Below are positions 13,480 to 24,414 of a stretch of DNA of 64,000 nucleotides, in pieces; position 1 is the stretch's first letter, and each line of letters starts with the position of its first letter. A program made the translations under genes and the position numbers. The notes beneath the pieces were generated by a model. That model did no database searches and had not been told where the DNA came from. It worked only from the letters and a program-made list of their open reading frames with translations. Source of the stretch: Octopus sinensis (taxonomy: Eukaryota). The stretch lies in the NCBI RefSeq assembly GCF_006345805.1, contig NC_043007.1, positions 22,568,001-22,632,000 of the forward strand, read 5' to 3'.

Positions 13480-13648
13480 TTGGTCGGTAAACTTGGTGGC
13501 GTGCGTCGAGAAACACTGGCAATGTTTAATGACAGGACAGAAGTGATGCTACACCGCAGAGATGCTAGCGCCATCGTGAGGCAAATGACTGCAACAGTGT
13601 TTTATTTACAAAAACAATTAATTTCTCAGGGAAAATGTCAAACTAAAG
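13480..13648 (+). other. Candidate non-coding first exon of the zinc-finger gene (start approximate)
   Basis: CpG-enriched unique sequence ending at a perfect AAG|GTAAGT donor (13649). GACTACAAT motif upstream at ~13182. No transcript evidence. Confidence 0.35.
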
Positions 13649-13916
13649 GTAAGTTTAAAGGAAGTAATTTCACCCCGAAATTCCGTTAATGCAACAGTAC
13701 AAGTAGATGGTTCTCCCCTCTCGCTTCTCCCGTGTAATTAACCGTCGACTGAGCATTGTTTATGCCAGACTCTGTCAATCTTGTGTCAAGACCTACATAT
13801 GTAGACAGCTTCTTCTCTCTTGACACGATTCGTCTTCATCACTGTTTTTCTCGACTCTCCTCTGCTCTCTCTCTCTCTCCAACTCGCTATTTTCCTCTTT
13901 ATCCCTCTCTTTTCTT

Positions 13917-14198
13917 CTGTTAATCATTCACCCCAGAATCCGTCAAAACCAGCGAATAACCCAACAATTAATCGCATGAACCCTCCAAGTCCTTGCATAT
14001 TAAAAACCATAAACAAGCCTTAGAACCTCTTCGTTAAAAATCTCGCTTGCTTATCCATAGATCTGTTAATAATTCCCCCCAGAATCGGTCAAACCGAGCG
14101 AATAATCCAGCAATTAATCGCATGAACCCCCTAAATCCTTGCATTAAAAACAAGCTTAGAACCCCTGTGTTAAATCTTGCTTGCTTATCCATAGATCT
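13917..14198. repeat. Two diverged tandem copies of a ~146/136-bp unit
   Basis: CTGTTAAT...CAATTAATCGCATGAACCC...GCTTGCTTATCCATAGATCT at 13917 and 14063. Confidence 0.85.
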
Positions 14199-15954
14199 TC
14201 CCCAGAAAAGTTTTGAAAGTATCTTTGGGCATCTGAAGGTTGTTCCCACTATTTTTCTTTCTCTTATTTATAATATTTACATCATTGGAGTTTTATTCGA
14301 GTTCGTTCATTTCTAGCCTTTATTATTTTTTTGTTATTGTTTAGTAGTAATTCGTCCTGGCTTTGGTCCAAATAAAAAATTAAAAAAAAAAGTAAAATAT
14401 ATTTTAAACAATAAGTTGAATTCGAATTAATTACTTCATTATTTTTTCTTCGGTTTTGTTCAACGCTGCAGAAAATAATAACAAGTTTTTTGGTAACAGC
14501 AATCAGTTTAAAACAAAAAAATATGTTGTTATTTAGCTTCAGGTCAAGCCTGATTGAGTAGACCTAGGATCAAAAAGTATTTCATCCGTGACCATCCCAT
14601 CTTTGTTTAGAAGGGATTTCTTGGACTGCAACATATATTTGTTAGTTGCACATAAAAACCGTATGTTTTTTTTGGTTTTTTTTTAGCCCCAAGTCAACTC
14701 ATATCGATCAGACTTATGATTTAACGTTTTCCGACCGGGACCAGACAATCTTTTTGTGGAGTATTTCATACTGCATTACTTAATGTGTCCTTAGACGATA
14801 TGGTGTTGTTGAGGGAGGTGTGCTGCTACATCTAGCTAGTCCAGAGGCTGTGTAGACGTTCCTTTGGCTCCACATGTATATTGTTGTGCCTCTCGATAAA
14901 GTACGGAATAACGTTTAGGGCAAATGCAAATTGTCGGATTTTCTCATCCGATCATCCGAAGAAGCGTTAGTTGGTCTTTATTTCATTTTACTGCATAATA
15001 TAACACACTTTTTTTTTCTTAGTTTATATTTCCAAACTGATTCTTGCTGACGCAGACCAATAGCTTACCTGTCCTAGTCACTACACTTGTTTAAATGACG
15101 AGCTAAGAAACGTGTACGCGATTGCGCGACCTTTCAGAAATAGCTGTCAAATCTCCCTCATATTTCACCTTACTGTCTAAAAAGAAATAAAAAAAAATGA
15201 GAGGAAGAAAGAAGAATACGTTGTATGAAGAAGTCTGTCCACTGCGTGTAAAAAAGAAAAAAGAGTATGGTTATAATTGAAATTCATATTAACATTGGTT
15301 AGTCTGCTCCATCAGGATTGACCGGAGCATAACAATAACTTATTTTATTTTATTTTTGTATGGTTTTGTTTGGAGAAAGGTTGCCATACGTAATGCCTTC
15401 TCGTGTGTTCCGAGATAGTTGATTTAGTTTTTAAAGTTTGGCCATAAACCTTACACCGAACATCGCAGTATATTTCATTTATCATATAAAAATATAGGAC
15501 ATTGTGTCTGGTGAAAAGGCGCCAGTAGCCGCTATGTTAGAAAATACTGTCTGCAGAGGCAGGAACCTCACAACATCCAGTTTATCTCATTGTCTTGTAA
15601 ATCTGGTGTTTTGTGATTGCATGAAATCAATAATACCTGTGTGAGAATCTATTTGTAGACATCTGTGCAGGACATTGCGTTACAGCACTTGCATGTTTGT
15701 GTCTGTTTCGTGTTATTCTGGCCGTGGACGAGCAGAATCGTTAGTTTCGAACAGAATGTTTGTTGTGTATTTACTTCCGGCCCTTTACATTCTTAGTTCA
15801 AATCCCGCCAAGGATTTTGCTTTTCATCTTTTCGCAGTCGAATATCGTTAGATGGGAACGGAACTACCATTGAAGAAAGATTAAGTGTCTTACTTTAAAC
15901 CAGATAGTATTATCTTTCCTTCTGGCTGCGATGTACCATAATACATATAACTGG

Positions 15955-16165
15955 TGTTTAGGTCAGCCCTGATCGAGCAAACGCATGATCGAACACAGTC
16001 CAGCTACGACCATCTCGTCTTGTTTTCAAGTATACTGTATCTTGGACAACGTTATTCAGTCCGTCTCTTTTTACTCAAGATGGTAGGACGTGATGCGAAG
16101 GAAATTTGGCTGCTATTTCTAGCAAGTAAAACGACTGTACAGAGACTTCTTCAGCGTTTCTGATA
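15955..16165 (+). repeat. Unclassified interspersed repeat (family H)
   Basis: AGGTCAGCCCTGATCGAGCA...GAAATTTGGCTGCTATTTCTAGC. Related segments near 14535, 14700-14840, 17690-17860 and 38070-38210. Confidence 0.55.
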
Positions 16166-16479
16166 CATGTAGCCTGTGTGAAAGATTTAATTTATCATCT
16201 GTTTAACATCACCTATCTCTTGGGTTCCTTTAACAAAGTCCCGTCTTCTTACAAGTATTTGGTCCAGGTCCCCGGGTATGAGGATGGCTTCTCTTACCCA
16301 GCTTCAGATGCACAGAAAGGGGTAGTAAATACTGTCCTTAGCTTAGGCGATCTGAACCAGTCGAAAGTTAAGCACCATGGCTAGATAAAACAGTGTATGG
16401 AATATAAATTGTCAGCCTCCCAATACATTAGCCAGTGTCTTGATTTGGATCTCAGTCATAAAGTATTAGAGAGATAGAT

Positions 16480-16690
16480 ATATTCAAGGGGCTAAACATA
16501 GAGGGGACAAACAAGGACAGACAAAGGGATTGAGTCGATTACATCGACCCCAGTGTGTAACTGGTACTTTATTTATCGACCCCGAGAGGATGAAAGGCAA
16601 AATCGACCTCAGCGGAATTTGAACTCAGAACGTAACGACAGACGAAATATGGCTATGCATTTCGCCCGGCGCGCTAACGTTTCTGCCAGA
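16480..16690 (-). mobile_element. SINE family B monomer
   Basis: Family-B body and head. Confidence 0.8.
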
Positions 16691-16923
16691 GAGCAGAACT
16701 TATTGGCTAGGATGCTGGCTATTGAGTTGAAAGGCTGGAAGTCCATATTGTGTACAAGCTTTGTTGAATCTGTAATAAAGTTGCTTAACTCTTGACTGGC
16801 TCAGTCCACTTAACTAAAAGCATGTACCACAAGCAGACACAATCTGTACCTCTAAGCAGTAGAAACATTGTAACATTGATGTGTTATTCATTAGCTTGCA
16901 TAGTTGAATTTATATTGACAAAC

Positions 16924-17398
16924 CTGTGCCGGTGGCACGTAAAAAGCACCATCCAAACGTGACTGATCCCAGCGCCGCCTTGACCGGCTTCTGTGCCGGT
17001 GGCACGTGACCTGCTGACCTATTGAGTCAAGTACATCAACATCAAAATAAATATCAAATGGAAATTGTAGTTGTGATACCTGTATCGGTCGCACATAAAA
17101 AGCACCATCCGAACATGGCCGATGCCAGCGCCACCTTGACTGGCTTCTGTGCTGATGGCACGTAAAAAGCACCAACCGATTGTGGTCGCTGCCAGCCTCC
17201 CCTGGCACCTGTGCTGGTGGCACGTAAAAAGCACCCACTACACTCACGGAGTGGTTGGCGTTAGGAAGGGCATCCAGCTGTAGAAACACTGCCAGATCAG
17301 ACTGGAGCCTGGTGCAGCCTCCTGGTTTCCCAGACCCTGGTCAAACCGTCCAATCCGTGTTAGCACGGAAAACGGCCGTTAAACGATGATGATGATGT
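16924..17398 (+). mobile_element. RTE LINE 3' end (VNTR units, terminal domain, (GAT)n tail)
   Basis: GTGGCACGTAAAAAGCACC units, then GGTTGGCGTTAGGAAGGGCATCCAGCTGTAG...GTTAAACGATGATGATG. Same 3' end follows RTE ORF2 at 59930-60776. Confidence 0.8.
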
Positions 17399-17989
17399 GG
17401 GTCTGGAGATGTCACTCTTGTACTCTGGGTAAAAAGCTAGGAACACTCCTGGACATACTTTTGGACTAGAGTTTCTCATCATTTTGTCCTGGCTTGCAAC
17501 AAGGCTTGGATCTAGGTTTTCTGGTTTTGATTATAAGCTGTGGATCTTGGCTGATGTTTAACATTTCATTCCACATTAAATTCAACATGGACATCCTCGA
17601 TATCCATGTTAGATGTATGTTCTCCTTGGCCACAACTGATCGGCTACCGTAATATGCATGCGTTTATGATGGATTGTCATTTAACCTGTGGTCAGCCCTG
17701 ACTGGACAAGCATAAGGTAGAAGGCATTCCATCTATGACCATTCCATCTGTGACCATTTCAGACATTACTTGAGAAAAGCATATCTGGAATTGCATTATT
17801 CAATGTGTCTCTCACTTTTCAAGCTGGTAGGGTGATTTAGTTACTGTTTCTAGCAGATCAGGAAAGCTTCCTTGTTGGTATGTTGTAACTTGTAAGGGTG
17901 GATATATTTATGTTTTGGTTCAAATCCTGCCCAGTGTAGAGTTTGTTTTTCATCCTTTTGAGATTGATAAAATAACTATCAGTGAATTC

Positions 17990-18135
17990 ATCATCATCAT
18001 CATCATTTAACGTCCGCTTTCCATGCTAGCATGGGTTGGACGATTTTGACTGAGGGCTGGTGAACCGGATGGCTGCACCAGGCTCCAATCTTGATCTGGC
18101 AGAGTTTCTACAGCTGGATGCCCTTCCTAACGCCA
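17990..18135 (-). mobile_element. RTE 3' terminal fragment
   Basis: (CAT)n then TTTAACGTCCGCTTTCCATGCTAGC...GGATGCCCTTCCTAACGCC. Confidence 0.8.
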
Positions 18136-18251
18136 CACACCTTGCATGGCAGTGACACAACTATGACGTGAAGTCAAGCCAAAGAGACAGTAACACACAT
18201 ACAATACAAATACACACACACACACACACGTGATTGGGAAGCAAGCATCTT

Positions 18252-18653
18252 GTTTCTTTATTGCCCACAAGGGGCTAAACATAGAGGGGACAAACAAGGA
18301 CAGACAAAGGGATTATGTCAATTACATCGACCCAGTGTGTAACTGGTACTTAATTTATTGACCCCGAAAGGATGAAAGGCAAAGTCGACCTCGGCGGAAT
18401 TTGAACTCAGAACGTAACGGCAAACGAAATACCTATTTCTTTACTACCCACAAAGGGCTAAGCATAGAGGGGACAAACAAGGACAGACAAAGGGATTAAG
18501 TCAATTACATCGACCCCAGTGTGTAACTGGTACTTAATTTATTGACCCTGAAAGGATGAAAGGCAAAGTCGACCTCGGCGGAATTTGAACTCAGAACGTA
18601 ACGGCAGACAAAATACAGCTACGCATTTCGCCCGGCGTGCTAACGTTTCTGCC
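18252..18653 (-). mobile_element. SINE family B tandem dimer inserted in a SINE D head
   Basis: Junction GAAATACCTATTTC at 18426-18439. AGCATCTT is repeated on both flanks. Confidence 0.85.
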
Positions 18654-18819
18654 AGCATCTTCCCACACAGCACCACCTATGCCTATGTTCTCCCTATATT
18701 CTCACTTTATTTTTTTATGCTTATTTTTGTTTTCATTTATTTGTAGCTGTTGAAAATGTCTGCATAATTTAGACGTAATGCAGAGCAGATAAATGCATGG
18801 AAAATATGGAAAAATGTAT

Positions 18820-19201
18820 GCTGGTGGCACGTAAAAAGCACCATCCGTATGTGGTCGATGCCAGTACCTCCTCGACTGGCTTCTGTGCCGGTGGCACGTA
18901 AAAAGCACCATCCATACGTGGTCGATACCAGTGCCACCTTGACTAGCTTCCATGCCGGTGGCATGTAAAAAGTACCAACCGATCATGGCCATTGCCAGCC
19001 TTCCCTGGCACCTGTGCCAGTGGCACGTAAAAAGCACCCACTACACTCTCAGAGTGGTTGGTGTTAGGAAGGGCATTCAGCAGTAGAAACTCTACCAGAT
19101 CAGACCGGAGCCTGGTGCAGCCATCTGGTTTGCTAGTCCTCAGTCAAATCGTCCAACCCATGCTAGCATGGAAAACGGACATTAAACGATGATGATGATG
19201 A
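18820..19201 (+). mobile_element. RTE 3' end with ~3 VNTR units
   Basis: As 16924-17398. Confidence 0.8.
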
Positions 19202-19593
19202 TTTTATGAACTGCTTAGTTCTGCTATTATATGACCTCCTAGGATCAGAGTTGGTCATGTGTCTATAGCTGTATTTGCAAGCTGGGCAAAGATTTTTGTG
19301 TAGGATTGACAATTGTCTCTATGCATGACTTCCCTCTTTGGATTACTGATGTTACCTGAAGGGGAGACTGCTCCCTTATCCCTCTGCTATTCAAATTACT
19401 GTCAAATGTAATGTTTATCTATTCATGTTATTTTGAATTAATCAGGGATTATCTCATAGCTTTGGGATTTCAATGCTGTGACTTTACTTTTAGTATGACT
19501 TTGTAGGGTTGGTGTGAGAGGCTGGATCTGGCCAATTTGGACATAAAACAGGCAGAATATTTGGGCCAGATATGGTCAGTTTAAATACTAAAG

Positions 19594-19758
19594 TAGGGGT
19601 TCCTAACCTTTTCACTACCAAGGACCCCATTTATTTAAATGAGTTTTCCCAAGGACCCCAGGATATTGAAAGGTCAGTCAGTTTAACATGTTCGCGGACC
19701 CCTAGTACTATGTTTGTGGAACATCAAGAGTGCGTGGACCACAGGTTGGGAACCACTG
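19594..19758. mobile_element. hAT MITE (second family)
   Basis: TIRs TAGGGGTTCCTAACCT / AGGTTGGGAACCACTG and perfect 8-bp TSD TACTAAAG. Confidence 0.8.
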
Positions 19759-19896
19759 TACTAAAGGGTTGGGGCTGATAGTTTTAGCTCCACTGTCCAT
19801 TGCAAGCATTGCTGTCAGAATGCAAAAAAAAAAAAATGGCACCTGGCCATACTCAAGACCCATACTCCACAGTAGAAGTGATCCTTCGGGTTGTGC

Positions 19897-20480
19897 AAAG
19901 TGGTGTCGCATAAAAGTACCCATGTGGTGCCACGTAAAAGTGCCCATTCAGCAACATGTAAGCGCACCATGTGGTATCATATAAAAGCACCCATGTGGTG
20001 CCACATAAAAGTACCATTGTAGCGCCACATAAAAGCAACCATGTGGTACCACATAAAAGCACCATTGTAATGCCACATAAAAGCACCCATGTGGTGCCAC
20101 ATAAAAGCACCCATGTGGTACCACATAAATGCACCCATGCAGTGCCATGTAAAAGCACCAATGTAGTGCCACATAAAAGCACCCATGTGGTTCCACATTA
20201 AAATGCCCATGTGGTGCCACATAAAAGCACCCATGTGGTGCCACATAAAATGTCCATGTGGTGTCATGTAAAAGTGCCCGTGCAGTGTCACATGTAAGCG
20301 CCTGTGTAGTGTCACGTAAAAGCACCCAGCACACTCTGTAAAGTGGTTGGTGTTCGGAAGGGCATCCAGCTGTAGAAATCATGCCAAATCCCCCCCCCCA
20401 AGCTTGCCAGCTCTGGTCACACCATCCAACCCATGCCAGCATGGACAACGGATGTTAAATGATGATTATGATGATGATGA
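19897..20480 (+). mobile_element. RTE 3' end carrying a 24-bp minisatellite (~18 units, 19897-20327)
   Basis: Unit CATGTGGTGCCACATAAAAGCACC, followed by the RTE terminal domain and a (GAT)n tail. Confidence 0.8.
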
Positions 20481-20959
20481 AAGACAACCTGTTTGATGTT
20501 ACTGTCATCATCATCATCTTCATTTTAATGCACTCACAAGGGTTTAATAAGATTAGGACTATAGTAGAAGACATTTGCCCAGTAATAGACTTGCAAAGAA
20601 CAAGTCCATGGTCGATTTCTTTGACTACTGTTGGCGCTCCAGCATGGCCGCAGTCAAATGATTGAAACAAGTAAAAAGAAAAAAAGACTACATTGTCCAC
20701 TGTGTGCTCCCTTTTTAAAGATAGTTGAATGTGATTTGGAGGAAAATTTAGGTGCTATTTCTTATAGATTTAGCAAGCATATAGGGCTCCCTCATAGTTT
20801 TGGACTGCAGTATGTTTTGTGTTACAGTAACCCACTTATTGTCATAATATCCATTGAATGTATACATTAATATATGTTAAAAAGTAACCAAATATGTAAT
20901 ATAGGGATATTATCAAAGTTCTGAAGGGCCCATGGTGGTTAATGATTTGCCTTGTTTTA

Positions 20960-21757
20960 ATCAGAAGTGAGATCGCAGCCATGCATGTCCAGCCCAGCTA
21001 AGAGTACCCCTGATGCATTGTGCGATATGATATGCTTTAGAAGACCTGTTGAGTCAAGTAAAACCAAAATCGTAACTGTGACCAGTGCCCCCTGACTGGC
21101 TCCTGTAAAGGGGCATATAAAAAGCACCATCCGAATGTGGTTGATGCCAGGCCCGCCTGACTGGCTCCTGTGCTGGTGACACGTAAAAAGCACCATCCGA
21201 ATGTGGTTGATGCCAGGCCCGCCTGACTGGCTCCTGTGCTGGTGACACGTAAAAAGCACCATCCGAATGTGGTTGATGCCAGGCCCGAGTGACTGGCTCC
21301 TGTGCCAGTGGCATATAAAAAGCACCATCCGAATGTGGTTGATGCCAGGCCCGCCTGACTGGCTCCTGTGCTGGTGGCACATAAAAAGCACCATCCGAAT
21401 GTGGTTGATGCCAGGCCCACCTGACTGGCTCCTGTGCTGGTGGAACATAAAAAGCACCATCCGAATGTGGTTGATGCCAGGCCCACCTGACTGGCTCCTG
21501 TGCTGGTGGAACATAAAAAGCACCATCCGAATGTGGTTGATGCCAGGCCCAACTGACTGGCTCCTGTGCTGGTGGAACATAAAAAGCACTCACTACACTC
21601 TTGGAGTGGGTGGCATTAGGAAGGGCATCCAGCTGTAGGAACCTTGCCAGATGAGACTGGAGCTTGGTGCGACCTCCTGTCTTGCCAGTCCCCAGTCAAA
21701 CTGTCCAACCCATGCCAGCATGGAAAACAGACGTCAAATGACGACGACGATGATGAT
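20960..21757 (+). mobile_element. RTE 3' end carrying seven near-perfect 66-bp VNTR units (21119-21580)
   Basis: AAAAAGCAC recurs at 21119, 21185, 21251, 21317, 21383, 21449, 21515 and 21581. Terminal domain and tail follow. Confidence 0.9.
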
Positions 21758-22293
21758 GGATGAATTGAGGTCTCTCAACCCATTTCAAACCCAGAAGGTT
21801 TGAAAAAGTGGTTTGAGAATATTAGGTAGAAGCCAAGAGATTTTGTATACATGCATCCACCCACACATCCTCCCTTACTGTTCACTCACCTTGCATCCTC
21901 ACTCTCTTTTCTAAAATGTAAGTAGTCTTCTACCTTCTATACAGCTAAAAACCTGTTCTACTTTGGCCCCTTTTTCTTATACCTAAACCCTTTGTCTTCA
22001 CAATCATGCAAGGTGTACAGCATCCTCACTAGTGCTGGTGGTACATAAAAAGCAGTCAGGACATACTGTAAAGTGGTTGGCATTAGGAATGGTATCCAGC
22101 CATAGTAATGAAGCCAAGGCAGACATTGGAGTATGATGCAGTCCTTGGACCCAGTGGATCTTGAACCATGCAGTCCTGTCAGCATGGGACATGGATGTTG
22201 AATGATGATGATGAGGGTTTTGTGAACCGGGGGACTGGGCCACTGGAAACATGTAACTGGCAACAGTATTATTTAAAAAAGAATATGATATAA

Positions 22294-22673
22294 AACAAGA
22301 GCTCTTAGAGGGCACAAGCTTCCACCAAGGCCACATCAACGTCCTCTCAACGATTAGCCAGAGATGATTTTTAAAATGAGAATATCTGAAATAAACTCAA
22401 CTGCTCTCACAAACGAGAATACTAAAAATGAATCTGACTGCTTCCAAAAATTAAGTAAAAAACAAGAAAAATAATTCAGAATCTTTGTCCGGTACTGGAT
22501 CGATCCCAAAATCTAATCAGTTCATGCCTGCCACGAGGCCAAACATCCCTGAAAGTTTTATCTGAATCCATCCAGCGGTTCTTGAGATATATTGTCCACA
22601 GACAAACAAACAAACATACAAACAAATGTGACTGAAAACAATACCTCTGCCGCTGCTAAAGTAGAGGTAATAA
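22294..22673 (+). mobile_element. Putative Helentron-associated (HINE/DINE-1-like) element
   Basis: Starts AACAAGAG, has an (ACAA)n tract at ~22600-22625 and a 3' hairpin TACCTCTGC...GTAGAGGTA (22642-22669). Architecture recalled, not database-checked. Confidence 0.5.
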
Positions 22674-22739
22674 CATATAATAATTCCACATTACCATCTT
22701 AATAGGAGACATTGATTAATGTAATCCCAGATACACAAT

Positions 22740-22940
22740 GCTAAACACAGAGGGGACAAACAAGGACAAACAAACGGATTAAGTCGATTATATCGACCCC
22801 AGTGTGTAACTGGTACTTATTTAATCGACCCCAAAAGGATGAAAGGCAAAGTCAACCTTGGCGGAATTTGAACTCACAACGTAACGGCAGACGAAATACC
22901 GCTAAGCATTTTCGCCTGGCAAGCTAATGATTCTACCAGC
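22740..22940 (-). mobile_element. SINE family B monomer
   Basis: Family-B body with head AAGGCGGCAAGCTGGTAGAA on -. Confidence 0.85.
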
Positions 22941-23354
22941 TTGCCGCCTTGATGGAAACTTCTTGCCATACAGCCACACCTGCACTCATGATAATCATCA
23001 TGGGTTGGAAGGTTTGATGGGAACTGGCAAGGCCAGGGGCTACACCAGGCTCTATTCTCTGTTTTGGCTTGGTTTCCACAACTCTATGTCCTTCTTAACA
23101 CCGTCCACTTCACAGAGTACACTGGGTGCTTTTTATGTTCTTTCTGCTTTAGGCACAAAGGCTGAAATTTTGGGGGAAGAGACAAATCATTTACATTGAC
23201 CCTGGTCCTCAACTGGTCCTTATTTTATCAATCCTGAAAGGATGAAAGGTAAAGTTGACCATGGCGGAATTTGAACTCAGAACGTGAAGATGGATGAAAT
23301 ACTGCTAAGCATGTTGTCTGGTGAGGTAACAATTCTGCCAGCTCACCACATTAA

Positions 23355-23743
23355 CCCTTTCATTACCAACCCAGCTGAAACTGGCTCTGGCTCTGCAGTA
23401 CAAATGTTTTGTTTCCATAAGTTTTGAATCAAAATCTTCCACCAAACCTTAGTCACAATTTATGTTCCTAACACTAGCTGAATGATAACTAAGTTATTTT
23501 ACTAAATTCTTTGTTATATTTAAAATAATTCAAAGAAACACAGAGCATCTCAAATGGCTGAAATTGGCTCTGACTTTGTAGTACAAATGTTTTGTTTTCA
23601 TAAGTTTTGAATTAAGATCTTCCACTAAATCTTAGTCACAATTTATCTAATGGTAACTAAGTTATTTTACTAAATTCTTTGTTATATTTAAAGTAATTAA
23701 AAGAAACACAAAGCATCTCAGCAAAAATACAGTAACGAAAGGG
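23355..23743. mobile_element. piggyBac-like MITE with internal tandem duplication
   Basis: TTAA|CCCTTTCATTAC ... GTAACGAAAGGG|TTAA. The body consists of two diverged ~170-190-bp copies. Confidence 0.8.
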
Positions 23744-23767
23744 TTAAAAATTAAAATAATAATTATG

Positions 23768-23799
<32 letters not shown>

Positions 23800-24131
23800 T
23801 ATGATAATAATAATACTAATAATAACAACAACGATATGCATAGGCACAGGTATGGTAGTGTGGTAAGCAGCTTGCTTCTAAACCACATGGTTCCAGGTTC
23901 AGTCAAAATATTACAAGACAGAACAAAATCCGACTTGGCATTTTCTTTGATTTTCTTACAATTCCACCAGTCTTCAATTTAGATAAGCTATGTGTTTGTA
24001 TAGCAAATGTTTTCCTTTTTTTATTTATCCTAATCTATTATTTTCTTCTTCTTTTCAGAAACCCATCTGTTGTGACAAACAAAGTTGTTTGTCAGCAGAC
24101 CGGAAAGGATAACTTCATAATCAGTGACCGT

Positions 24132-24179
24132 ATGGGGAAAAAACCCCGCAAAAATCTCATGAACATGAGTAATTCAGTG
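24132..24179 (+). CDS. Candidate small upstream coding segment of the zinc-finger gene (exon 24059-24179): MGKKPRKNLMNMSNSV
   Basis: Strong acceptor TTTTCTTCTTCTTTTCAG at 24058, open frame, ATG at 24132, and a phase-0 GTATTT donor at 24180 that matches the phase-0 acceptor at 24414. Confidence 0.55.
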
Positions 24180-24414
24180 GTATTTACAGATTCTTCTGAA
24201 TGTCTGCTGGAATATTTAACCATTTCTTTTTCATTTAAAATCCTATAGCTTACATTGTTGGTAATCTAGCAGTCATTTTGCAGTGTATAGAATTTTGTTT
24301 TGATATTTGTCACAATGTCCTTATAAGGTAGATTCCTATAGTTTTTATACTTTTTTTTTTTGCCATGTACATAAAGAAACTAGATATCTACATGATTTAG
24401 ACATTTTTTGACAG

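Noticed and set aside
19853-21638. Repetitive-peptide ORFs and CRISPR-like appearance of the 24-bp and 66-bp arrays
   Set aside because: Units are contiguous with no unique spacers, there are no cas genes, the context is eukaryotic, and the arrays lie in RTE 3' UTRs. ORFs occur in several frames on both strands.
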